Shown here piece by piece: positions 11,332 through 23,952 of a DNA stretch of 64,000 bases. Below the pieces are notes generated by a model, which worked only from the letters and a program-made list of their open reading frames with translations, was not told the DNA's origin and ran no database searches. The DNA comes from Macrostomum lignano (Eukaryota). Position 1 is the stretch's first letter; the number at the start of each line of letters is the position of its first letter. A program made the translations under genes and the position numbers. The stretch lies in contig NIVC01001426.1 in assembly GCA_002269645.1 (NCBI GenBank), forward strand, positions 186,001 through 250,000. The letters run 5' to 3'.

Positions 11332-13417
11332 CACAATTTTACCCTCGATTTTGAACAAGGAGAACTTCGAAACTGACAAACTCCTCTTTAATATTGACAC
11401 TCTATGGTGGGGCACTCAAAATCTACAATCAATATTGACAGATCAAGCTTCATTTTTGACAAACTCTGGTTCAATTTTGACAATGCACGTTTAGTCAACT
11501 TCTCCTGGGAGAATTCGGTAACAAAGTAATCCAATGAAAGCCTGAACGGGGCTGAAGTGAGCTGTGCAATATCAGCTTATTCTGATTTTGCTTTTTGGAT
11601 CTACAAGTATTGATAAAATTTATTTTTCTCTATCCTTTACACACACAGACTAAAATAGCCTGACTGGTTGGGCTGCAAAGTCTGATTCTATTTTGACAGA
11701 GTTGCTTCAAAACTGACACTCTATGGTTTGTGTACCCAAAAAGTCCGCTTCATTTTTGACAACTCCGAATCAATATTGAACAGTTAACAATCGATTTTGA
11801 CTAAGACATTTTTTAAAATAGATTTTGACAATTTTTACTAAGATTTCTCTCTTGAGGGGGGGGGTACTTGCTACTTGGGAGAGGGGGTACTGGCTGCATG
11901 TATCTACGAGTACATGTATGGGAATCTTTCTATTCAGGGATGCTTGCTAGAGTCCCTGCTCTCTCAAGGGACTCTAGCAAAAGACCGGTCTTTTAACATC
12001 CCAAGATAGCAAGCATCCACCCAGATAGCAAGCATCCATCCAGATAGCAAGCATACACCCAGATAGCAAGCATACACCCAGATAGCAAGCATCCTCCAGA
12101 TAGCAAGCATACACCCAGATAGCAAGCATCCTGCAGATAGCAAGCATCCCCCAGATAGCAAGCATCCTGCAGATAGCAAGCATCCCCCAGATAGCAAGCA
12201 TCCACCCAGATAGCAAGCATACCCCAGATAGCAAGCATCCTGCAGATAGCAAGCATCCCCCAGATAGCAAGCATCCACCCAGATAGCAAGCATACCCCTG
12301 ATAGCAAGCATCCCCCAGATAGCAAGCATCTTGCAGATAGCAAGCATCCCCCAGATAGCAAGCATCTTGCAGATAGCAAGCATCCCCTAGAAAGCAAGCA
12401 TCTTGCAGATAGCAAGCATCATCCAGGTAGCAAACATCCACCCAGATAGCAAGCATCTTGCAGATAGCAAGCATCATCCAGGTAGCAAACATGGTAGCAA
12501 ACATACACCCAGATAGCAAGCATCCCTGGATAGAAAGATTCCCATACATGTACTCGTAGATACATGCAGCCAGTACCCCCTCTCCCAAATAGCAAGTACC
12601 CCCTCTCCCAAATAGCAAGTACCCCCTCTCCCAAATAGCAAGTACCCCCTCTCCCAAATAGCAAGTACCCCCCCCCCTCAAGAGAGAAATCTTAGTACAC
12701 CTTTTCACGTTCAATTTTGATCAAAGTCCAGTTCTAAAAAACTAGCGGAAATTCAATTCAGACAATTTAGACTGGGGCCCAGTCTAACCCCAGCTCAAAA
12801 CATTCTAACCGAAGTAAGGTTTAGCCATAGACAAAATTATCCTCAGTCTGAATTGAATTTCCGCTAGTTTTTTTAGAACTGGACTTTGATCAAAATTGAA
12901 CGTGAAAAGGTGTAAAAATTGTCAAAATCTATTTCAAAAAATGTCTTAGTCAAAATCGATTGTTAACTGTTCAATATTGATTCGGAGTTGTCAAAAATGA
13001 AGCGGACTTTTTGGGTACACAAACCATAGAGTGTCAGTTTTGAAGCAACTCTGTCAAAATAGAATCAGACTTTGCAGCCCAACCAGTCAGGCTATTTTAG
13101 TCTGTGTGTGTAAAGGATGAAGAAAAATAAATTTTATCAATACTTGTAGATCCAAAAAGCAAAATCAGAATAAGCTGATATTGCACAGCTCACTTCAGCC
13201 CCGTTCAGGCTTTCAGTGGATTACTTTGTTACCGAATTCTCCCAGGAGAAGTTGACTAAACGTGCATTGTCAAAATTGAACCAGAGTTTGTCAAAAATGA
13301 AGCTTGTCTGTCAATATTGATTGTTGATTTTGAGTGCCCCACCATAGAGTGTCAATATTGAAGAGGAGTTTGTCAGTTTCGAAGTTCTCCTTGTTCAAAA
13401 TCGAGGGTAAAATGGTG
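11332..13417. mobile_element. Foldback-type element with ~500-bp inverted arms
   Basis: 11332-11837 is the reverse complement of ~12911-13417; flanked by TA; the inner 12698-12910 is itself palindromic. Confidence 0.85.
11838..12695. mobile_element. MITE with TA TSD, >100-bp TIRs and internal 18-19-bp satellite, nested in the foldback element
   Basis: Termini CTAAGATTTCTCTCTTGAGGGG... and ...CCCCTCAAGAGAGAAATCTTAG; TA on both sides (11836-11837, 12696-12697); removal restores ATTTTTACACCTTTTCACG; internal CCCAGATAGCAAGCAT array at 12000-12520. Confidence 0.85.
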
Positions 13418-13499
13418 TACAACTTTTAAAATACCACAAAGAACGTTACCGCACAATATCCGTAAAAACTATCTACATGTATTGTAGTTATTAAGCGAG

Positions 13500-13615
13500 C
13501 TGAGGCGTCGCCACCGAGGGGGGTCTGGGGGATATGTCCCTCCCCCAGATAAAGCAAAAGCTATAAGAAACATGTCAATGCTTTGTCTCCCCCACCCCAC
13601 CTTGTGACGCCTCTG
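13500..13615. mobile_element. Short hAT-like MITE
   Basis: C(T/A)GAGGCGTC ... GACGCCTCTG termini; flanking 8-mers TAAGCGAG and TAAGCATG (6/8 match). Confidence 0.55.
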
Positions 13616-13652
13616 TAAGCATGCAAGAGATTATCGAGTCGACTCCTAATAT

Positions 13653-14530
13653 GTCTATTAGTGAGTGCTTGTGTGTCACACCAGTTGTCTATTAGTGAGT
13701 GCTTGTGTGTCACACCAGTTGTCTATTAGTGAGTGCTTGTGTGTCACACCAGTTGTCTATTAGTGAGTGCTTGTGTGTCACACCAGTTGTCTATTAGTGA
13801 GTGCTTGTGTGTCACACCAGTTGTCTATTAGTGAGTGCTTGTGTGTCACACCAGTTGTCTATTAGTGAGTGCTTGTGTGTCACACCTGTTGTCTATTAGT
13901 GAGTGCTTGTGTGTCACACCAGTTGTCTATTAGTGAGTGCTTGTGTGTCACACCTGTTGTCTATTAGTGAGTGCTTGTGTGTCACACCTGTTGTCTATTA
14001 GTGAGTGCTTGTGTGTCACACCTGTTGTCTATTAGTGAGTGCTTGTGTGTCACACCTGTTGTCTATTAGTGAGTGCTTGTGTGTCACACCAGTTGTCTAT
14101 TAGTGAGTGCTTGTGTGTCACACCTGTTGTCTATTAGTGAGTGCTTGTGTGTCACATCTGTTGTCTATTAGTGAGTGCTTGTGTGTCACATCTGTTGTCT
14201 ATTAGTGAGTGCTTGTGTCACACCAGTTGTCTATTAGTGAGTGCTTGTGTGTCACACCAGTTGTCTATTAGTGAGTGCTTGTGTGTCACACCTGTTGTCT
14301 ATTAGTGAGTGCTTGTGTGTCACATCTGTTGTCTATTAGTGAGTGCTTGTGTGTCACACCTGTTGTCTATTAGTGAGTGCTTGTGTGTCACATCTGTTGT
14401 CTATTAGTGAGTGCTTGTGTGTCACATCTGTTGTCTATTAGTGAGTGCTTGTGTGTCACACCTGTTGTCTATTAGTGAGTGCTTGTGTGTCACATCTGTT
14501 GTCTATTAGTGAGTGCTTGTGTCACATCTG
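13653..14530. repeat. 34-bp minisatellite (~26 copies)
   Basis: GTCTATTAGTGAGTGCTTGTGTGTCACACC(A/T)GTT head-to-tail, with no spacers. Confidence 0.95.
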
Positions 14531-14582
14531 TACGTTGTTTATTAGTGCACTAACGTTCTTTTCAAAGCACCCATTTATATAC

Positions 14583-14585
<3 letters not shown>

Positions 14586-14639
<54 letters not shown>

Positions 14640-14763
14640 AGAGAGAGGAGGGCACCTCCAATCTCAGGCACTGACACGGTGGAAAGGACTGAACAAAGTC
14701 AATTTAGTTGAATTGCCGATATTTCGAAATTATTACATTTCTTCGTCAGGGCAAGTGAAGAGG

Positions 14764-14849
<86 letters not shown>

Positions 14850-14850
14850 A
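14586..14850. repeat. Two (AG)n microsatellites
   Basis: (AG)n at ~14586-14648 and ~14760-14850. Confidence 0.95.
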
Positions 14851-15090
14851 GTAGCTGTAGCTGTCCTCTCATTTCGGCAACAACAGCAAATGTTGCGCTC
14901 GTGGTCCCTGTAAGGCTGTAGTCTGTACATCTCTCACTCTTGCTTTGATCATTGGTGCTGACGCCCCTTGGTGCTGGCGATTCACAGAGAGCGTTTTAAT
15001 CACTACGAACTTTTTCGCATATGTAATGGTTAATTGTAAAATGTTACCGTGAAAGTATATAACACCGTGAAGCCGTCTTCAGCTCCTCAG

Positions 15091-15446
15091 AAGCTACAAT
15101 TCAACTGCAGCCAACATTCGGTAGCCCATGGCGGCTTGTGCACTAATAACATGGACGGAAATGCGGATTCGAACTTCGATAGTGGCTCCTGCATTCACAC
15201 CAATGGAGGGGCTGACCTAGTCAAGACGGCTGTTGTGGCTTACGTCACCGTGTACAACAGGCTGGGTCACGCTCCGGAGCGGTTGAAAACTTTGAAATAC
15301 TAGTGGACGGCGTAAAGGTGACGCAGCATTTCAAAATGAGAAACGTGACCTGCGGCATGACTGGGAGCAAAGTTCGCATACTGAGTCATCTCAGTGATTA
15401 CCTGTGCATGCGCGAGCTCGAGGCATACGGCTTCTACATTCAGTGA
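15091..15446 (+). pseudogene. F-type lectin pseudogene
   Basis: SQHS..HGG....DGN.DSNFDSGSCIHT...DL...V.VYNR...ERL, then after a 1-nt frameshift at ~15290 NFEILVDG...TCGMTGSKVRI...YLCMRELEAYG*. The PWW segment is missing. Confidence 0.75.
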
Positions 15447-17188
15447 TGAAGGAAGACTCCAAAACGGATTAACTGGGCTCAATATGTGAAGAATGATAAG
15501 AGATGGTAGGCTGTCTTGGAGTTTTGAGGCTCCCTACGTATGTGGGGACCTATTAGCTACATGCTTCTGCTTGGGCTCCTTACGTGCATTCTCCATGTTG
15601 TACCGATGCACCTCCGTCGATGTAGTCCAGTGGTCTAGCTCGGCGCTCTGGTGTGCCAGCGGCCCAGGCTCGATTTCTAGTGCGTCACATTAATTTGGGG
15701 CTAAATTGGAATCTCAGATTGAGTTTGCTCGTGCAATTAACGGCCTTTGAGGGCCAACCCCCAAGGCACAGTGAAGTGTACATGCCTAACGATAAATAAA
15801 GTTAGAGCCGCTGTACACTCCTGTGTGAGTGTGTGCCTGTGCGTATGACTGCGTGCGTATCCGCGCGCTTGTGTGCCTGCTCAGGGAAGTTGGCAGAATG
15901 GGCAGTAATGCCTCTCGCCGGTCGTGCGACAATGCCGCTTAAAGTGCACTTGCACTCGGGCCGGAGGTTTCAGCGTCGGGGAAAGCAGCCTTAGGGTTGA
16001 GCCCGGCTACCTGCTTTTATATTCATTATCTGAACCTGCCGCTGTCCGTGCAGTCTTGCGCTTCTACCTTAACGCAACTACCTGTGTCCCGATTCACCAA
16101 TCTTTTTCACACACTGTATGAGTCTGTTGCTTTTTGTATCTCTTATTCCTTCCTTCAACAGCAAAGTTTAACTGTTAAATTAAATTTACTTCTTAATACA
16201 ATTTCTAAGAAAACATTGCAATATTCTTCGTTCCTGCGAACGAAGTCAGTGGCAACTGATTCTAGTTATAAAAAAGTTATACATCGTAATTTCACTTTAT
16301 CCGTGTTATTAAACCAATTTACTCAGTGCACCGGAAACGCGCTTTAACCGAAAATTTAAACTGTAAAAATGATTTGTTTTACTAGAAAATGCTCTTTCTG
16401 TAGTATATAGCTGTTACTCTCGCATGGTGGTCGAGTGGGCTGGTTTAGAAGGTAACTGATATAATAAAAAACATTTTAACTAATTGGCGTAAAACTGATA
16501 TTAAGCTTTGACGGGTTTGGAATGGGATAAGGGGGGCGCTGCTTTGTTAAGAAGGCCATTTTGAGTAGCAATCATTTCTAACTGTACAGTGATGAGTGAT
16601 GTTGTGAGCTCTCGTAATTGACGTTGCTAAGCACAGTTGAATTGCGATCCTGGAGACTTTTAATATTGTACATATGGCGCCTGAAAAACTTTTGGAAGGG
16701 GAAGAGAGATAGAGACGATTGGTAACGTTCACGTATGTTGATCAGGATATCTCTCCCTACCCTGGTCCCCTGCTGATCTTCAGTTCCAAGGACGCCTTAA
16801 GCTAGGAGTCTGGACTAGCCAAAAAATCACTTACTGAGAAATATTACGGGTGTGCTTTTAACAGTAAATATTATATACTCAGCAACATTGAAAAGTCGTC
16901 ACTCTACGCTCGTAATGGCCAGTGAGCAATTTCTCTTGGACTTATTCGGAAATAAAAGATCTGAGAAAACTGATCTGGGTGGCTTTAATCCGCCCAACCC
17001 TCGCACACCGCTTCCCCACTTCTCATTCCTCAACCTAAGTCTGCCGCGACGTAGCTACAAGTCTACAGCGACAGACTTCACCTCAAAAGTGAAGTCTCAA
17101 AAGTGGCGACCACAGACGGAATCTTCTGTGATGGCGACTTTTTGATGTTGTTGAGTATATATCGATCAGATATTTACTATGCACCTGC

Positions 17189-17358
17189 CCTACCATACCG
17201 AATTATTAACGGGAGAGGAAAGGGAAGAGAGGGGAGAGAAGGCAGAGAAGATAGTAGAGAGAAGAGAGAAGTGAGAAGAGGGGAAAGAGAGAAAAAACAA
17301 GAAGAGGAACTCAAGAGAGACATCAACCTTGAGCGGGCGGCCTACCATACCGAATTAT
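17189..17358. repeat. 134-bp purine-rich insert flanked by 18-bp direct repeats
   Basis: CCTACCATACCGAATTAT at 17189-17206 and 17341-17358; resembles the TSD of a retroposed fragment. Confidence 0.55.
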
Positions 17359-17609
17359 CAATAAAAAGGTTTGTCTAGGAGCTATCGCTTTCTCACCTCT
17401 TTTCGCTTGTAAAACTGTGACGTGTCCTGTGACGTTTTCCGACGCACTAAATGTGTTCCTTATTACCAAGAATTTTCTTAGTAATCAAAGAACAATCACT
17501 TCTAGCGACTGCTAGGCAACCTGCTAGGCAACCCAGTTATCAAATGAAGGTATTTATTACCTTTAATCCGGATAAAATGTCTCTTCAGTAGTTCTCGTCA
17601 CCAGTAGAC

Positions 17610-17930
17610 ACGACAACAATAGTGAGTCGACTCAAACAACGGGCGCAAATAACAAAGGCTTACCGCAAGAACTCTACCGAGTCTCGATTGAGTTAGTCTT
17701 CAGGAAGTCCTCCTAAGGCTTCTGCCTTCCTCTTCGGAGCTCCTCCTCTCGTTGGGAGAATGACTCCAGGTCCGCTTTGGACCACTTATATTTATAGGCG
17801 ATTCGGCAAGCCATAAATAGCAACGTGACTCATCTGTTGCGCTATAAGGGGTAACATGACTCATCGCATACTATAATTAGTAACATGACTCATTCTTCTG
17901 CTATAAATAGTAACATGATTCATAGTTAAA
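17610..17930 (-). mobile_element. Possible LTR (5' LTR-like) fragment
   Basis: On the minus strand: repeated TGAGTCA modules, a TATAAATA box, then TGGTGACGAG (~17615-17625) resembling a primer-binding site. Confidence 0.35.
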
Positions 17931-18563
17931 GTTTTTGTGCGCATGTGTGCACTAGCTTACTTACAGTAGTATTCTGTGATTAACAATTTTAATTCCTTTT
18001 GTGGGAGGTAGAGCACTCTACAGCACTACTGGCTGATAATTTATTTCGAACAAATTGTGGTTGTTGTTTCGTTTTAAGTTTCGTATGCCTTTACTCGTGA
18101 TATAACAAACATGTAAGTTAAAGTGCCTTGCCAAAGGCCCTGGTCTGAAGTTACAGTTTTTGACAAAGGCTTAATTAAAATTTATCTCGCAGAATTTATT
18201 TAATTTGAAAGCAAAAAATAAAGCTTCTAGCTTAACCTTTGGATATGCTACTTTAAGTAAGGAGCAATTATTGTAATTTTTACTGTAAACTAATTTTTGA
18301 CGATTACTGTATAACTAGTGACACTAAAATATGGGTGATTTGAATGTAATTGAATTATAGTGACAACACAACCGCTACCAGGGTATCAAATTGCTTTTAA
18401 AATCTACAAAATCGTCGAAACGCGAAAGAATAATATCGTTAAATAGTTAACCAAAAAATGTTGCATCAACCTAACCATTAATTATACTCGTAGTGCGATA
18501 CCTGCCATGCTTAATCGAGAGTATACTAAGAAAGGTCACGAATCAAAGTTTCAACGTCCAAAA

Positions 18564-20079
18564 CTAGCTGTCGTCAGGAAAGTCTATTGGTTCTTCATTA
18601 AGTCGTTCAACAGCTTGTTCGCCCACTTGTTCAGAATTATTGTCTGAATGGGCCGCGTGCAAATTGTTACAATGCTTCTTAATTTCGTGCATGCAAGCAA
18701 TCGAGTGGAAACGGAAAAACACCTGCAGAGGTACAGTTAGAAGAGAAAGAACTCGAGCATCGTTTAGCTGATTTTTAGGAAAGAAGAAACTAAAGCAGAT
18801 TGTGTTGACGAGCCATTGGGCAGAATTTACTATCATGAGAACTGTCAACATAGCCTGGCCATAGTGACTCTTGCCGGAGCTGAGCTTGCAGAGCAAAGTG
18901 CACTCCAGAGTAAACACTTGCAGCATGCTCTGGCCGATGTTAATACAAGAACAGACCACGCTTAGAATCAATTCAGGTAATTTATACGAGACCTCATACT
19001 CCCGTAAAATTTGAGCACCACTCATCCCGATGGTGTAGATATTGTTCACTGCGATCGCTAGAGCGCCTAGCCACAGCAGAATCCGATCAGTGCCCCGGAT
19101 GCTCTCGGTACTGATTCGAATTCCCTTAGCTGCAGCTTCTTTAATCGCAAAGCCGAGTTTACCAACATTGGCCGAAAATCCGAATACGATGAGCGCGCTC
19201 ATCACGTAGTACTCAATTAGGAAGACTTCGAATGATTAAGTCAATAGGAACGCTTGTCGTACAATAGGAGCCAGCAAACTCCCCGTGGGCAGTTTCATTG
19301 AAAATTATTTCTCTCAATTCGAAGCCGACATTTATGAACCAGGTGGAAATGTTTGTGGCAATGACGTGGGCAAAAACTAAGCAGGCTGCGCGCAGCTTCC
19401 ATTGGAAGCTTACCCTGTGGTACAGAATGGAAAACCTCGTCTGAGTTATAATAAAAATTAGCAAAATCAGACGTCTGAATACGTCAGGCAGATTTTTGCG
19501 TAAAAATTCTGCACGTTCAATTGACGCAATAACTCCGCATTCCATTTCGATTATGATGGACAAGCAAGAGAATAGCGCGAATAGCAGTGACGTGAAGATC
19601 AAGAGCATGGATGGCGAGCTGTTCAGCCTCCTTGGCAGGTAGGCATATCGATCAACACTCTTCAGAAGCAAAACTCCTGCTTTTTGTTGCAGCAGGTCTG
19701 ATTGAGACCCATGGTCGCACACCTGCAATGCAACTAGAGGCAGTTTGCCTTGCACTATGGCCCACCTCTGCAGGTACAGAAGTCCAGCTATGGCGGGAAG
19801 CAGGTAGGCGCATTTAATACCAAACCAAGTCCATTTAATGATGCCTCGATTTTTGGCACCTCGATCGCTTGCATCAGTTTTTTCGACGTCCTCTAAGAAG
19901 TCCTGCGTTTCAACAATAGTAGTTACAAAGCCTAGGGCAATCAGCAACATCGCATAGATGAAGCACTTCAGCTTGAACACCGTAGAGATTTCCATCGTTG
20001 TCGGCTGCACCTCTGATTTTGATAGCAGGTGCTGACGCTCCGTGGTGATGTCGGCCTGTAGGGTTGAAATTGTCGTCAA
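18564..20079 (-). pseudogene. Otopetrin-family proton channel, frameshifted (single large exon; 5' exon not located)
   Basis: HVIATNISTW (TM5), expected LYPFLIEY (TM6; lost here by an 8-nt deletion at ~19223), TDRILL (TM9), NSAQW (TM11), PLQVFFRFHS (TM12). The ORF starts at a TTTTTAG acceptor (~20080), not at a true ATG. Confidence 0.85.
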
Positions 20080-20171
20080 CTAAAAAACGAAATACGCTCG
20101 TATTAATCAACTCTTCTGTCAAATGTCTTGAAGTTTAGGGAAAGCTTATAGGGTTTAAATTTTACTACCAA

Positions 20172-20356
20172 TGACAATTGACTGTCAGTGACATTTGACT
20201 GTCAGTGACATTTGACTGTCAGTGACATTTGACTGTCAGTGACATTTGACTGTCAGTGACATTTGACTGTCAGTGACATTTGACTGTCAGTGACATTTGA
20301 CTGTCAGTGACATTTGACTGTCAGTAGTAACAATTGAATGCCAGTGACAGTTGTCA
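20172..20356. repeat. 17-bp VNTR
   Basis: TGACTGTCAGTGACATT units; longer array in the duplicate at ~33625-33890. Confidence 0.9.
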
Positions 20357-20948
20357 CTAGCAAACAACTAGTCCATATATGACGTCATCTCCAATTTTTA
20401 CACGATTTTTACACAAAACTTAAGTTACTAACTTACATCGTCATTAGCGTTTGAGCTCATTGTCGAACTATATTAACGGTGAACTTCGTAAAATTGTCAC
20501 TTATTTTTTTCAGAAACTTTCTCTTGCAGTGCTGGCCAACAGATACTTTTTATTTCAAACAGAAAATGATACAAAGCCGTATCCGTATATCAATTACGGA
20601 TTCACTATGTGCCATGCAGACAGTATAATGGCGTACATTGCAAATTGCAATTTTTGCAACGTAAACATCCGTTGAACCAGCATTCTTTCTCGCATTACTT
20701 TGCTTGCCCGCTTCTAAAAGGTTTATTAGCTTAGTTTCAAGCAAAAGTGTGGCAAAACTGCGATACAGTGCATGTAATTTTTGTTTGCTTTTCTCAGGTT
20801 TAATTTTACAGACAGGTGAGCCTCACCTGCCGAAATTTGCATAATGTCTTCTACAAGGGGCCAAGTATAGTATTATATAAACAACAGAAGCGTAGCTGTA
20901 CCCACATTAAGTTGGCATTTCATCTTGTGTTTACTGTGGACGCATCCG

Positions 20949-21117
20949 GCTATAGCAATTAAACACCAAGCTATAGCAATTAAACACCAAGCTATAGCAA
21001 TTAAACACCAAGCTATAGCAATTAAACACCAAGCTATAGCAATTAAACACCAAGCTATAGCAATTAAACACCAAGCTATAGCAATTAAACACCAAGCTAT
21101 AGCAAATAAACACTCAG
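20949..21117. repeat. 21-bp VNTR
   Basis: GCTATAGCAATTAAACACCAA x~8; about 5 copies in the duplicate at ~34493-34597. Confidence 0.9.
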
Positions 21118-21149
21118 CTACAGTAGTAGGGGAAATGTGGACTCAATAC

Positions 21150-23665
21150 AATTTTCTCAATATTTCTCAATATTGGGTTTCTCAACATTTCTCAATATTG
21201 GGTTTCTCAATATTTCTCAATATTGGGTTTCTCAATATTTCTCAATATTGGGTTTCTCAACATTTCTCAATATTGGGTTTCTCAACATTTCTCAATATTG
21301 GGTTTCTCAACATTTCTCAATATTGGGTTTCTCAATATTTCTCAATATTGGGTTTCTCAACATTTCTCAATATTGGGTTTCTCAATATTTCTCAATATTG
21401 GGTTTCTCAATATTTCTCAATATTGGGTTTCTCAATATTTCTCAATATTGGGTTTCTCAATATTTCTCAATATTGGGTTTCTCAACATTTCTCAATATTG
21501 GGTTTCTCAATATTTCTCAATATTGGGTTTCTCAACATTTCTCAATATTGGGTTTCTCAATATTTCTCAATATTGGGTTTCTCAACATTTCTCAATATTG
21601 GGTTTCTCAATATTTCTCAATATTGGGTTTCTCAACATTTCTCAATATTGGGTTTCTCAACATTTCTCAATATTGGGTTTCTCAACATTTCTCAATATTG
21701 GGTTTCTCAACATTTCTCAATATTGGGTTTCTCAATATTTCTCAATATTGGGTTTCTCAACATTTCTCAATATTGGGTTTCTCAACATTTCTCAATATTG
21801 GGTTTCTCAATATTTCTCAACATTTCTCAATATTGGGTTTCTCAATATTTCTCAACATTTCTCAATATTGGGTTTCTCAATATTTCTCAACATTTCTCAA
21901 TATTGGGTTTCTCAACATTTCTCAATATTGGGTTTCTCAACATTTCTCAATATTGGGTTTCTCAACATTTCTCAATATTGGGTTTCTCAACATTTCTCAA
22001 TATTGGGTTTCTCAATATTTCTCAATATTGGGTTTCTCAACATTTCTCAATATTGGGTTTCTCAACATTTCTCAATATTGGGTTTCTCAACATTTCTCAA
22101 TATTGGGTTTCTCAACATTTCTCAATATTGGGTTTCTCAATAGTTCTCAATATTGGGTTTCTCAACATTTCTCAATATTGGGTTTCTCAACATTTCTCAA
22201 TATTGGGTTTCTCAATATTTCTCAACATTTCTCAATATTGGGTTTCTCAATATTTCTCAACATTTCTCAATATTGGGTTTCTCAATATTTCTCAACATTT
22301 CTCAATATTGGGTTTCTCAACATTTCTCAATATTGGGTTTCTCAACATTTCTCAATATTGGGTTTCTCAACATTTCTCAATATTGGGTTTCTCAACATTT
22401 CTCAATATTGGGTTTCTCAATATTTCTCAATATTGGGTTTCTCAACATTTCTCAATATTGGGTTTCTCAACATTTCTCAATATTGGGTTTCTCAACATTT
22501 CTCAATATTGGGTTTCTCAACATTTCTCAATATTGGGTTTCTCAATATTTCTCAATATTGGGTTTCTCAACATTTCTCAATATTGGGTTTCTCAACATTT
22601 CTCAATATTGGGTTTCTCAACATTTCTCAATATTGGGTTTCTCAATATTTCTCAACATTTCTCAATATTGGGTTTCTCAATATTTCTCAACATTTCTCAA
22701 TATTGGGTTTCTCAACATTTCTCAATATTGGGTTTCTCAACATTTCTCAATATTGGGTTTCTCAACATTTCTCAATATTGGGTTTCTCAACATTTCTCAA
22801 TATTGGGTTTCTCAATATTTCTCAATATTGGGTTTCTCAACATTTCTCAATATTGGGTTTCTTAACATTTCTCAATATTGGGTTTCTCAACATTTCTCAA
22901 TATTGGGTTTCTCAACATTTCTCAATATTGGGTTTCTCAATATTTCTCAATATTGGGTTTCTCAACATTTCTCAATATTGGGTTTCTCAACATTTCTCAA
23001 TATTGGGTTTCTCAACATTTCTCAATATTGGGTTTCTCAATATTTCTCAACATTTCTCAATATTGGGTTTCTCAATATTTCTCAACATTTCTCAATATTG
23101 GGTTTCTCAACATTTCTCAATATTGGGTTTCTCAACATTTCTCAATATTGGGTTTCTCAACATTTCTCAATATTGGGTTTCTCAACATTTCTCAATATTG
23201 GGTTTCTCAACATTTCTCAATATTGGGTTTCTCAACATTTCTCAATATTGGGTTTCTCAACATTTCTCAATATTGGGTTTCTCAACATTTCTCAATATTG
23301 GGTTTCTCAATATTTCTCAACATTTCTCAATATTGGGTTTCTCAATATTTCTCAACATTTCTCAATATTGGGTTTCTTAACATTTCTCAATATTGGGTTT
23401 CTCAACATTTCTCAATATTGGGTTTCTCAACATTTCTCAATATTGGGTTTCTCAACATTTCTCAATATTGGGTTTCTCAACATTTCTCAATATTGGGTTT
23501 CTCAACATTTCTCAATATTGGGTTTCTCAATATTTCTCAATATTGGGTTTCTCAATATTTCTCAATATTGGGTTTCTCAATATTTCTCAATATTGGGTTT
23601 CTCAATATTTCTCAATATTGGGTTTCTCAATATTTCTCAATATTGGGTTTCTCAACATTTCTCAA
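21150..23665. repeat. 2.5-kb satellite of ~25-bp units (15-mer TATTGGGTTTCTCAA + 10-mer YATTTCTCAA)
   Basis: Directly visible; accounts for the long repetitive ORFs at 20925-24033. Confidence 0.97.
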
Positions 23666-23678
23666 ATCAATTCTCAGC

Positions 23679-23952
23679 GCTAAGGCCCAAGCTCTATTCT
23701 TTCCTCGCTGAAAGCTCGGCGGCATGCAAAGCAAAAGGCATCCAACGAAGCGTGCTGAAGAACGAAACATACGAAGTCTCCCACGACGACTATGTCAAGA
23801 TCTTCAAGGGGGCTTCAAAGCTGTCGCTCACTGTTCGTCGAATTGGAAGTGAGAAACATCGCGTTTTCACCATTGAGCAACGTAAGCTCGCTCTCAGTAT
23901 CTGGGAGGACGAGCGAGCATGGATTGGCCCGAACTCAAGTCTTCCGTTCGGT
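23679..23952 (+). pseudogene. Polinton pPolB C-terminal fragment (copy)
   Basis: LRPKLYS...KAKGIQRSVLKN...SHDDY...HRVFTIEQRKLALSIWEDER...SLPFG; near-identical to 27514-27750 and 34663-34930. Confidence 0.85.

Noticed and set aside
13653-14530. 34-bp repeats of CRISPR-like length
   Set aside because: Units are head-to-tail with no unique spacers, there are no cas genes, and the context is eukaryotic.
15924-16121. Possible third lectin-like exon
   Set aside because: Resemblance too weak; no diagnostic motifs.
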